This document shows positions 31,201 through 37,300 of a stretch of 64,000 nucleotides of DNA, piece after piece. A program made the position numbers and the translations under genes. Position 1 is the first letter of the stretch; each line of letters starts with the position of its first letter. The notes below the pieces were generated by a model. It saw only the letters and a program-made list of their open reading frames with translations. It made no database searches and was not told the origin of the DNA. The stretch comes from an uncultured candidatus Porisulfidus sp. (lineage in GTDB: Bacteria; Pseudomonadota; Gammaproteobacteria; Poriferisulfidales; Oxydemutatoraceae), in assembly GCA_965215125.1 (NCBI GenBank), contig OZ244052.1, positions 352,001 through 416,000 of the forward strand. The letters are read 5' to 3'.

Positions 31201-34009
31201 GCCTCCCTTCTATCCTTACATTAGGCAAGCCTATATTTCTTACGCTAGCCGCAGATCCCAAAGCACCGAATAAACCTTGATAGTCGGCATCATCTCTATT
31301 TATCTGCAAATTAAATATCGTATGACCATCACCGTTAAAAATGCCTGTGAAACGACCTGCAAGCGTGCCTATAGGCAACCAGCCGGTGTCCGCATCGTTG
31401 CCGTAATCGGCAACCGTCCATTTTGCTTTATTGACCGGGTCGCGGTAGCTCGCATCCGAGTTAAAATCCAAATCCCGCACTAGTTTGTATTTGCCGTTCA
31501 GTTGATTGCGTATCGCATTCAAATCTTCCAAATAATAAATGTCGCTAAAACCGTCATCCCCTATGACCTTCATCACCGATACCGGCTCGGATACGATGCG
31601 ATGATCATAACCTTGATTGTCGCGATAATCCAACCATACACGATAGCCGATGTTATCGATTTCCGACAACACCGTAGGTATCTGATAATGCATTTGTATC
31701 GCATCTCCGATATCCTGCCATAGCGTAGCTGACGGCAACTTGTACTGCCATTGATAACTAAAACTATTAGGATCGACGCCACCGTCGGGCTCCATAGATA
31801 AATCGGCTTCGCTGATATCCGACACCGCTAAAGTGCCCTCGCGATAGGTCGGAACAGCTAAAGTCCTCATGCTACCGCCGTTTGTTTTGACAACCGTCAG
31901 CGTCGTACTTCGGGTTACGATTGTCCGACCGACACGCACTTCCACTTGCAACACAACGGGGGTCCGGTCAACATCTCGGGAAACAAAATCGTCGGGTATG
32001 TCTATATCCAGTTCGGCTTGCCGAGTATTTAAGCCTTTTAATAAATCGGGTTGCGGCGGTGAAACCTGACTCCAACGATAACGCACTCGTCGCTGATCCG
32101 GCTCGGAGGTTGAAACACTCAACGCAATACGCCGACCTTCACTCACCCTATAATCCGAACGGTCGCTACTAATCATTGCCTCCAAGCCAAAATGGCGTAT
32201 CACCCAAATCCGATAGTGCCTCGCTATCGTAATTAAGGTAGGCTCAGGGGCTACATTCAAAATAATCGGTGCCGTCTCGCCGTTATTCACCGACGGCAAA
32301 CCGATTTTCTCGTCTTTAAGAATACTAATCGTCTGTGTGCTATTCGCTATCGTAGGGCTGAACCTTATCTCTGTTACACTATCGTCGCTTAAGTTCACAC
32401 GATAATCGAAGGTCTGCGGATTAAACGCAGGAGATAAGCTCAACCCGTCCAATACAAGCAAACCCGAGAGCATGATGTGCTGACCCGACAATAGGTGTCC
32501 CTTTTCAGAACCCTCGCTATGTCTGAGTATCGGGTATTGTTCACCGGTGCCGAACTCCCAATCCGCAACATCCCATCGCTCAAAGGTCTCGCCCGGTAGA
32601 CCGGGAGCAGTCGGTGATTTTAGCTGCTCGGTAGTCCGTGGACTGCCACCGGCACTGAACGATATCCCGGCAGCCTCGCTATTCCAATAACTGTGTATTA
32701 CACGCACCATGTCGGCATGCCTCGTTTGGTGTGCATAATTCCAGCCGATCAACCCTCCGGCATGCGCACCGCTTGCGACAACCTGCCCGTTTGCAAAACT
32801 GTCGGAAACGATGCCTTTATTACTGCCGACCAAACCACCGACTCTATGCACACCGCCTACATAACCGCTTGAGTACGTATTGCTTATTCGACCGCCCTCG
32901 TTCCAACCGACCAAACCGCCCACATCGCTATCACCGTCTATGCGACCCTGCGCAAAACTATTGGTGATTTCACTATTCCTGTTCCAACCGACCAGACCGC
33001 CCGTATAAAGATTACCCGAAACCGCACCGCTTGCCCGACTATCGGCAACTCCGCCGCTGCGGTTATTCGCACCGACCAACCCACCGCTATACGAACCGCC
33101 GCTTATTACTTTGCCTTCGGCATGGCTTGCACTAATCCGAGCATGGTTGAGACCGACCAAACCGCCGATATAATCATGACCTTTTGCAGTCCCGTCGGCA
33201 CGACTGTTTGTCAGCGCACCTCGAGAGTTAAGACCGACCAAACCGCCGACTTGGTTGACACCGGATACACTCGTATCGGCAACGCTATACCTAATATGCC
33301 CTTCGTTGTGACCCACCAGACCGCCGAGACTATGACCGCCACCCTCTACACGCTCGAGTATGACATCGCCGTTGAGTATCGTCCCGGCATTGGCACCGAA
33401 CAAACCGCCGACAGTGTTGCCCACACCGATTAGACGACCCCCTTCCACACCGATATAAGTAACACTCCCGGCGTTATGACCGGCTAAACTACCGATGTAT
33501 GAATTCCCTGTGATGTTTATTTGCGACAATACCAGATCGCTGATTTTGGCCGGCTTAGTCGTCACCTTGAATAAACCGACATAATCCGACGGCCTGTTGA
33601 TGTAAAGGTTGGCTATCGTATGACCATTGCCTTCAAACCTTGCGCTAAAGAAACTCAGCCGATCGCCTATAGGCAACCAACCTAAACCACTCGTCCATGC
33701 TTCTTTGTTGATGATGTTGCGGTAGTCATCGGAAACATTGAAGTCTAGATCGTCGCACAACTCGTAGCCGTTGCAACCGCTTTGCGGACACCCCGCAGTG
33801 ATCTTAACTGTGTCAAAACTTTCTCTATAGCCGGTGCCGTCAAGCTGATAGCGAACTGCGTCCAATGCATCCAAATCGCATAACTCTATCAAGCCATCGT
33901 TGTCTTGATCTATATCGGTTAAGTAATTGCATTGGAAGCCGTCTTGTGCCGATACGGATGCCAATAATATTGTAGTTAACAGTAATAAGAATCTTGCGGA
34001 TCCCCCCAT
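16196..34009 (-). CDS. Gene B: giant secreted GLUG-repeat / cadherin-like beta-sandwich surface protein (~5937 aa), putative adhesin
   Basis: The track ORF is 16196..34039 with a TTG start. I prefer ATG at 34009: AGGGGG lies 9 nt upstream, and the upstream DNA shared with gene A is read in different frames in A and B. The signal peptide ends VSA|QDG. There are 10 modules with DxDxDGLI(E/D)I or YLEDL caps, dozens of GGLVG-N---I-NSY coils (GLUG-like), WDFG..QYP caps and L.LSP.F.P..Y.Y cadherin-like sandwiches. Confidence 0.92.
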   Translation of the reverse strand: MGGSARFLLLLTTILLASVSAQDGFQCNYLTDIDQDNDGLIELCDLDALDAVRYQLDGTGYRESFDTVKITAGCPQSGCNGYELCDDLDFNVSDDYRNIINKEAWTSGLGWLPIGDRLSFFSARFEGNGHTIANLYINRPSDYVGLFKVTTKPAKISDLVLSQINITGNSYIGSLAGHNAGSVTYIGVEGGRLIGVGNTVGGLFGANAGTILNGDVILERVEGGGHSLGGLVGHNEGHIRYSVADTSVSGVNQVGGLVGLNSRGALTNSRADGTAKGHDYIGGLVGLNHARISASHAEGKVISGGSYSGGLVGANNRSGGVADSRASGAVSGNLYTGGLVGWNRNSEITNSFAQGRIDGDSDVGGLVGWNEGGRISNTYSSGYVGGVHRVGGLVGSNKGIVSDSFANGQVVASGAHAGGLIGWNYAHQTRHADMVRVIHSYWNSEAAGISFSAGGSPRTTEQLKSPTAPGLPGETFERWDVADWEFGTGEQYPILRHSEGSEKGHLLSGQHIMLSGLLVLDGLSLSPAFNPQTFDYRVNLSDDSVTEIRFSPTIANSTQTISILKDEKIGLPSVNNGETAPIILNVAPEPTLITIARHYRIWVIRHFGLEAMISSDRSDYRVSEGRRIALSVSTSEPDQRRVRYRWSQVSPPQPDLLKGLNTRQAELDIDIPDDFVSRDVDRTPVVLQVEVRVGRTIVTRSTTLTVVKTNGGSMRTLAVPTYREGTLAVSDISEADLSMEPDGGVDPNSFSYQWQYKLPSATLWQDIGDAIQMHYQIPTVLSEIDNIGYRVWLDYRDNQGYDHRIVSEPVSVMKVIGDDGFSDIYYLEDLNAIRNQLNGKYKLVRDLDFNSDASYRDPVNKAKWTVADYGNDADTGWLPIGTLAGRFTGIFNGDGHTIFNLQINRDDADYQGLFGALGSAASVRNIGLPNVRIEGRRHIGGLVGVNAGTIVGSYAVGEFSANSLVGGIVGVNHGKIINSYAGSDISMQSSVSSHLGGLVGTNEGIVINSHATVRILERRSDNVGGLIGWNAINARVINSYAGGDVGGDLFVGGLTGINRGSITNSYANGEVSGNSSVAGLVGTNQISAAMITNSYAVGRVQGSGGGLVAINGGSIRASYWNVEIGGVQNGHGSGQSTRQMQLPTASIGIYEEWDDADWDFGNSAQYPILKYAPGPDGDACGVPGLPQCGELISPRLRYGLRSLATADGVALSPEFDTEAQNRSGIYIGSLSSTANVIRLIPTAIEQAAHIRFYIGDDNTAYDGIRSGETSKAISLQPIGMTRIHIEVQGTVTVRYALYIDYQSITDDRIMPINYLEDLDAIRDRPTGSYKLTRDLDFADSESYLDPLNRIFWTVDDYQDATDTGWVPIGNESEPFAGRFDGNGYTISGLQINRDDADNQSLFGVSTSAALISNIGLLNVKVEGGAKVAGLIGTHRGQVGYSYVSGSVVSKSIEGVGGGLVASNDGGEVIGSYAIAEVSGTSSLGGLIGDNNGKIINSHADSIVIPSSAGARFSGLVGLNRSLIANSYATGKVLPGGGSTIIGGLVGWNASKARIINGYAAVSIVGAIAGGLVGYNLGSIKSSYAVGNLVGSGNAIGIGSLVGINDGGTIVVSYWNTDTIAAGSGNGIGQTTAQLQSQNSTMPTNSIYKDWNTDDWDFGNSRQYPILKYTTATEGVFECGSSGLPQCGDLISPGLRYGLRDLTSANDVTFYPPLDIERLNQSGVYSGTVIGEHPSIRLIPVAMESTAHISFMGDRREMVDSHDTSAPISLKNDGIKKVVVEVKGTQTVRYTLYLNYASHRVIDEDGDGLVDIDYLEDLDAIRYQLDGSGYRADDESIKITSGCPSAGCRGYELLRDLDFNDAGSYRNAEKNMGRWTGVGAWQPIGLDEATFTGTFKGNNKTIANLRVRQNSRLARGGLFTTIGSDSRVAHIDGIGLSGVDIKEDVVAGIAASCKRCTISNSYVIGNIEGSTAVAGLINTISATGGGRARISNSYFVGNLAVNGRSAVAGGLVGDVDSDLTITDSYVVGTITAEHDDAFIGGLIGVRTSSAVEISNSYASVSATRADMPQGLFGGNRNPSDQRAPTVHTSYLDKDISQAQVTLGELKRTVALQSQAPTTPTDSIYKNWDTDDWDFGTDEQYPAIRYNLDADFTDGDAHCDVADIQRRPDACHTLLRHQGSLLQDLKLSEGAGLSSPFAFTSFDYGVSVNADRSTIRMLPTAFNAVATIEVFKDGTSIGETDSGEWTVPIPLNDTGDTVFSLVVKDGKRHSYRYQFVINRLDIVAQSIDEDGDGLIEISNATHLNAVRHRLDGGAYQQSETTDAIYCSNGCRGYELTADIDLAGIEWQPIGSLSEPFSGVFNGNGYTISNLTIKMGNTIGMGLFEVIGVRGRVENVGLVNVNIAGQSNVGAIAGYNFGTIINSHAEGKLVVLNSYVGGLVGRNNGGMIVNSYANVDVHANNIYAGGLVGWNETGGFIVNSYAVGTVRANNGLAGGLVGSSPKSAKIHNSYAVGDVRVRTNGNLAGGLIAFGGLIVNSYYKAGAVISRTDSLIGTDKTVMALQSGMPSDDIYTEWDRADWHFGNAEQYPALLYVPGNANDMVCRQPSLEQLSACNGGLFATLSEHDRAVVCRSHLPRLPEQTPYCGALLPEQRAGLVRLEFSKNAHLIPAFNPEIYDYHLVVGSGDEFRTTPTAYYGSDTITVDAGDLNSSTSSGRSSLFTLNDNLDSIMIRVQSATPGMPTRYTIKVLQNIAVVDGLITIDYLEDLDLMRYSLAQVSSTLKDCPIDTEDGVRRCKGYKLARDLDFKNPTSYRTGNLNPIWTTGAGWQPIGNHHNPFSGLFSGNAHTISNLRIHGIPVGDIGLFGVVADDARIENIGLLNVNIDVDNDRHSLFDIGVLVGENHGKIINSYVVGGRVQGDLFVGGLVGRNPRGVIVNSYTRVDVQVGMKTNNRVAGGLVGIHGGRALNENERSPTIRNSYASGTVVGNDYVGGLAGYFGGEIVNSYATGDVSGNIHIGGLIGRLLLDTTKVNNNYAIGKVTGKSLIGGLVGSTANAEIRDAVNASYWDIDTSDTTESVAGIGKMTAELQTPAIGDGIYSNWDNNDWYSESSLQYPVLRYTSATDVVARPACRETGDEGVELPICGNLLPGQGIGLSNLARSNRTGQVLLLRPDFNSGIYDYELILKSDAREFSIIPYTFNPNAVITLNDDSETNPRMELRSGEVTTLTIDNINDLLLTLTVEDPLVSRTTQTTLYSIRVSKHSFVTVNDIDEDDDGLIEVRSADALNAIRYQLDGSGYKASRDDTKITVGCPTTPTLGCKGYELAASIDLSGFDWHPIGVIDATTLDCNDTQSRCFASIFDGNNHTISNLRIDKTATDNVGLFAALADGAQVKNVNLTDVEVGGRFGVGSLATYNAGVIDNSSADGTLAGEHAVGGLVAYNVGRISNSYAYGAVSGGSSVGGLIARNESTGVITNSYSLSRVSGDTGIGGLVALNLGSIANTYASGGVEGVALIGGLIGENSGSVGNSYATADIVCTGVPACTSYTVATGGLIGSNVGGIAVNSYWDIATSNLHESAGGVGKTTVQLQSGTGQSSDASGAYYRWDDSDWHFGDVYHYPILKYTTNTESTLTGLQSYGLTSLTIAEIVTLSPNFDTTKLYYRIGIELDANIKQLHLIPNALDEDATIRIVSDNGFDETIKTGTTSSAIVLRSTDTTVISVEVSGDRRIRYRFEVDYFSSGFEGDVDTDKDGLIDILTLEDLDAIRNALDGRSLRYQNADGVLIESAKGCPMTGCKGYELLQDLDFDNPAHYRAGSVNTAWTTGSGWQPIGTSLHPFTAIFKGNGYTISNLRVNSPDSDYIGLFGVLDGSKSDVLIEGIGLTSVDIVGGAHVGGLVGTNRAGDIRRSYVVGSVMARGNGTSAMVGGLVGRNVAGSITESYAETQVKANLAAGLSVALAGGLVALNDNRSRIENSYAIGSIIGWDTVGGLVALNRGSSKIINSYAVNRVIAVGARPKVGGLVAVNDAKVNDSYWDIEASGVASSAGGSSATTAILRSSTPTTPINSIYRNWDADIWEFADANRYPELKAIADAPLLTPEGKSLLQSLTLSNNVRLFPSFHPLIFDYDLIAEAARMTEVRLNTTSTRAGTTIDTACSDDLVCSSGIPTSFILDGSHTPKITITTDNSDVGVLSYNFSVRYVESDIGRMTATTTTIISLPLAAAEGERIRLITSYDFGLSTDSYRYRWRQSTGDALRFNDELSPVDTQSAVLDFTVPSDVVSKQDDRRVIQLTLEIVVNEDVYLSKVLSLIISKRDNDTADRIRLLKDDDKLHAYTLKFERADGSEFIDRDGGFAETRIQWQRRRSEAEGWINLVSTFAYTIPNEGDYQYRVLAMYEDNQGYRGQFESEVIDYSDIDDDNDGLIEIRYLEDLDAIRYQSDGSGYKATASVDKITTGCPLVNGVEQCRGYELMNDLDFTDDASYRTPSPSLLKNSWTVSDFKDASDSGWQPIDGLNAVFNGNGYTISNIQINRSVGDTNHIGLFSQIGVVGKVKNLGLVDPTIKGLVGIKNVGGIAGRMERGGVIMNSYVVGDVASGNTDKIIRGDVGFGNGRGFIGGLVGWNKGFILNSYAKINVVAEDSETPGNKRVGVGGLVGRNIDGGKVYNSYATGEVKGPCIVGGLVGNQFSTNSDELPKRSEIKNSYATGNVETGFGTCVNSDNKVAGGLVGVNNNSAIENSYTLGEVVGDGTLNGLVAGILPAGDTSIANPINSYWNFDRNCKFITILSFVIGVRCFGIAGNIKNVRIPDNLKRPIAPDTMANSCIESFVNDLEPEDVCKTYVNWNTADWNFGTSSQYPALKYGVGLDTADPGCDTEPETVLPSCDSLLHGQIADALLLDRLSLSVNSKNVHLTPSFMPSRFNYGAMIEVEEAPVIIDIATSAGKNTRITIRKDNGSPLTGQSDGTVQISAEDSFKLKVETLRESNRGASYQIQVRLKYPLKARIMKIVNGSTPTELIARNIFVLDEGDVFRLDASMSIVQKNSQLDYQWTQLSGKSLLSGIRTASTVEFTVPTDFVARDEDDSTVVLKLKLSESNNSASVVSREVPLLVRKVNNGNSASAVKWISSDTLSAEDLSNDIDGGSLTDIGYRWLRERNGRFVAIPGANQKSYIVPRSARNAQYRVSISYIDGQGYRTNIHYDAPQFTTIANFVDKDNDGLIEIETVEDLNAIRYQPDGRGYRASSTTIMMTTGCPLVNGVEKCRGYELVKDLDFLDDASYNSTANKVAWTTGTGWQPIGIVANNNCSDAGSDCFAGIFDGNGYRITNLQINRDTTDEIGLFAGNTGTIRNLRLSAIEVKGNAGVGGLVGRNEGELMSIYVVEGRVEGQNNVIGLLTGVSVSGSSIINSYVSGTVLGSRFVGGICGINHGGIIIGSYAVADVSAERGAGGLVGENRGLIGNSYVAGSVSISEKKRAVGGLVGTLWGRGSVVNSYSTVEVKTTFVATANTDEQYVGGLIGIRQSPGLVVANSYWDTDASGQTNSPGGGTAKTKAELQMPTAPGTMVNDIYYTWDTDDWDFGTADEYPVLKYHDNTCGTSTPSPDCGRLLPHQRIGLRALKLEQNVGAGHLYLSPDFDPAVTTYTVSVHADASELRVTPIAANPDASIIADDRVLPTNDTGYSVSLNTSEPTSTVIRVATSNAAGMEAPVVYKLTINNNRLPRISINAPASIVEGETFALNTAIADPEGDELSYSLSMIPNLLSDIERSTGTVVGRADLRYEHDIPNDLLDEMQNTDVVDIVLTVDDGLGVAGETVRLTIIKKNNGVISVPAPTLNGFRYTIAGIDLSSDSDGTNPTPEIAYRWQKELLGSWLDIDGATDQSHTVEGIIGNRYRVLIDYTDKQGYRHRGLASPAMSAPQQFIYNVVRSRGVVRTSINRSTVIFVNIRVFPEGFLR

Positions 34010-34018
34010 ACTACGCTT

Positions 34019-34024
34019 CCCCCT
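34019..34024 (-). promoter_or_regulatory. Ribosome binding site of gene B (AGGGGG, 9 nt spacer)
   Basis: Minus strand reads tAGGGGGaagcgtagtATG. Confidence 0.55.
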
Positions 34025-34098
34025 ACATAGTCTTTCCAATTAGCTACATAAATAACCTATATCTTTATTTAGGCCATTTATCGCTATAAAAGAGTTTT

Positions 34099-34107
34099 AT
34101 TATAACA
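34099..34107 (-). promoter_or_regulatory. Extended -10 sigma70-type promoter for gene B (TGTTATAAT)
   Basis: Reverse complement of attataaca. Homologous in position to the gene A element; only the free n position differs. Confidence 0.65.
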
Positions 34108-34338
34108 TATCAGACTGTTAAAGATAGAATCGTCTTTTGGGGCGTCACACAAACAGCGTAACTTTGTGCAGAACCACGATGCAAAATACATATGTAGAGT
34201 GGATATCATGTCCACTTTCGCACAATATGCCGGCACGATTTGTACATTTATCCATTGGGTTTATGGGGACCGTAACTATGTGGTGTGGACGGTTGTCACA
34301 ACCCCGTTAGGCTATGTTGGCTACAGGCGGGAAATGGA

Positions 34339-37300
34339 TTAGCGCAAAAGGCCTTCGGGAAATACTCTGATGTTTACGAAAATACCCGTTGACCGATCCG
34401 TTGAAGTTCTTACAACACCCCTAGATCTCACGACATTATATATGAATTGCTGCGGTGCCGACATCGCCGGAGATGCTAATCCTCGATGCCTATAACCCTG
34501 CTTATCGGTATAATCAATCAATACACGATAGCGATTACCTATAATGCCTTCTACGGTATGGCTTTGATCGGTGGCACCATCAATATCCAACCAGCTACCC
34601 AGCAGTTCCTTTTGCCATCGATAAGCGATCTCGGGGGTAGGATTTGTTCCATCCGAATCCGACGATAGATCTATGCCTGCTATGGTATACCTAAAACCAT
34701 TCAGCGTAGGCGCAGGAACCGATATAACACCGTTATTCTCTTTGACTATCGTTAACCGCACCGTTTCACCGACAACGCCTAAGCCATCGTCAACCGTCAA
34801 AACGATATCCACATCATTGATGCTTTGCATCTCACCGAGCAGATCACTGGGTATATTAAGCGCATACCTTAAATCGGCACGACCTACTACCGTGCCGGTG
34901 CTTCTTTGTATATCCGATAATAGGTTCGGAATCATACTTAGACTATAACTCAACTCGTCTCCTTCGGGATCTGCTATAGCGGCATTTAATGCAAAGGTTT
35001 CACCCTCTACGATTGAAGCAGGTGCGTTAATACTTATCCTCGGCAAACGATTATTATTTATCGTCAATTTATAGACAACGGGGGCTTCCATTCCCGCCGC
35101 ATTACTCGTCGCAACACGAATAACCGTAGATGTAGACTCGGAAGTATTGAGCGAGACGGAATAGTCGGTATCGTTTGCCGGCAGGACACTGCCATCGGCT
35201 ATGATACTCGCATCGGGATTAGCGGCTATCGGGGTGACTCTCAGTTCGCTCGCATCGGCATGAACCGACACCGTATAAGTCGTAACCGCAGGATCAAAGT
35301 CGGGGGAGAAATACAAATGTCCCGCTCCTACATTTTGTTCCAACTTTAGAGCTCGCAAACCGATACGCTGGTGGAGTAACAATCTACCGCAATCCGGCGA
35401 CGACGTTGAAGTGCCACAGGTGTTATCGTGGTATTTGAGTGCCGGATACTCATCGGCAGTGCCGAAATCCCAATCATCGCTACCCCAAGTGTAATAAATA
35501 TCGTTTACCATCGTCCCCGGTGCAGTCGGCATTTGCAATTCAGTCTTAGCGGTGCCGCCTCCCGGAGAGTTCGTCTGCCCACTCGTATCGGTATCCCAAT
35601 AGCTATTAGCCACGATTAGTCCGGGTGATTGTCTTATGCCGATTAAACCGCCTACATACTGTGCATCGGTGTTGGCTGTTGCAACAAAGGTTGTTTTCAC
35701 CTCGGCAGTCGAGTAGCTGTTGCTGACACTGCCACCTGCCCATAAGGTACCGACTAGACCTCCCACAGCTCGTTTTTTCTGACCGATACTAACCGAGCCT
35801 GCTACATAGCTATTACTAATAGGTCCTCGATTCTCACCCACTAGACCCCCTGCACCCCGCTCTGCCGAAACATCGGCAACCGCATAGCTTTTGCTAATCA
35901 TACCAAAGTTTATGCCACAGATGCCACCTACAAAACGAAAACCTCCGACGGTGCCACGCGCATAACTATTTATAATCGACGCACCCGATACACTGATACC
36001 GGTTAACAGACCGATAATATTATTTTGTCCTACGACACTGCCTCCATCGACATAGGCATTTATTAGTTCACCCTCGTTGCGACCGACTAGACCACCGACC
36101 CTAGCATTACCTCTTATTTCTATTGCCGATAATCCGAGATTGCGAATGGTGCCGGTATTTCCGGCAAACAGACCTATTTCATCGGTGGTGTCTCTATTGA
36201 TCCGTAAATTGGTAATCCTATATCCGTTGCCGTCAAAAATACCGGCGAAACAGTTGCTATCCGCATCACTACAATTATTGTTAGCAACAGTACCTATCGG
36301 TTGCCAAGCTGCAGCGGTCGTCCAAGCCACTTTATTGGCGGTTGAACTATAGCTTGCATCGTCTAGAAAATCCAAATCCCTAACCAATTCATAGCCTCTG
36401 CATCGGCCGTCGGGACAACCTGTAGCAATCTTGCTCGCCGTAGAACTCGCACGATAACCGCTGCCGTCCGGTTGATAACGAACCACATTGAGATCCTCGA
36501 GGGTTTCAATTTCTATTAAACCGTCGTTGTCTTTGTCTTTATGCGTAGCGATGTCTGCATACGGCGGGGCATCGTGATGAATGTTCGTCCGGTAACCTTG
36601 TCCATCGGTATAGCTTATAGAAAGTCTATATTGTGCGTTGCGAGCATCTTCGGGAGGCGTATAGCTTTTTCGGGTCGCACCGGGAATCGCAATAAATTTA
36701 CCGTTCCGTTCCAGCAACCATCGATAGCCGATATCGGTCAACGGCCCTCCGTCTATATCGTTTGACAAATTGCTCGCTGAAAGCGTATCACTACTTATCC
36801 ATTTCACACCACTCTCGGCGTTTCCATTATTCATTTTTCTCACCAGCAACGGTACTTCTCTACTTACGGTAGTTAAGGAATTATTGTTTTCGCTTAATTC
36901 TAGTTTTAGTATCACCGTGCCGTCATCCTCTTCTCCGGCGACAAAATCGGCAGGTACCGTAAACTTCACGGTAGATGCAGTTCTTATCCCCGACAGTAAG
37001 GTTTTCCCGGATACTTGGCTCCATCGGTAAGCCAACTGCAAATCGTTCTGCCCGAAACTTTTTGAGGCATCCAAACGAACGACATCCCCTTCGTTTAAGC
37101 TAAGGATATTGTCTTGGGGTAGTTCGCTAGGCGTGCCATCGTTGACTGCATTGACAATATCGATAATATTCCCCTCGCTTAGTTCAGAAAAAACATCATC
37201 GTAAATTACATTGAATAGATCGGGCCGAGGCGAATGTTCTAAATGCACCTGTATTCGATAAGTTGCTTTTCTATTATTTCCGATTGCGGTCTCAATCTTA

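Noticed and set aside
16196-34009. Annotation as IgA1/Zmp (M26) metalloprotease, RTX toxin or autotransporter
   Set aside because: GLUG coils occur in such proteases, but I did not spot an HExxH catalytic motif, GGxGxD RTX repeats or a C-terminal beta-barrel. This was checked by eye only.
34010-34039. TTG start for gene B (MERLCRGKRS extension)
   Set aside because: The shared upstream DNA is read in different frames in A and B, and it contains the SD-like AGGGGG 9 nt before the ATG. The ATG start gives a normal-length signal peptide.
34176-34338. Possible ncRNA or MITE in the extra segment of the C-B gap (palindromes tacatatgta and agtgga..tccact)
   Set aside because: Only short stems; no terminal inverted repeats, target duplication or recognisable RNA family.
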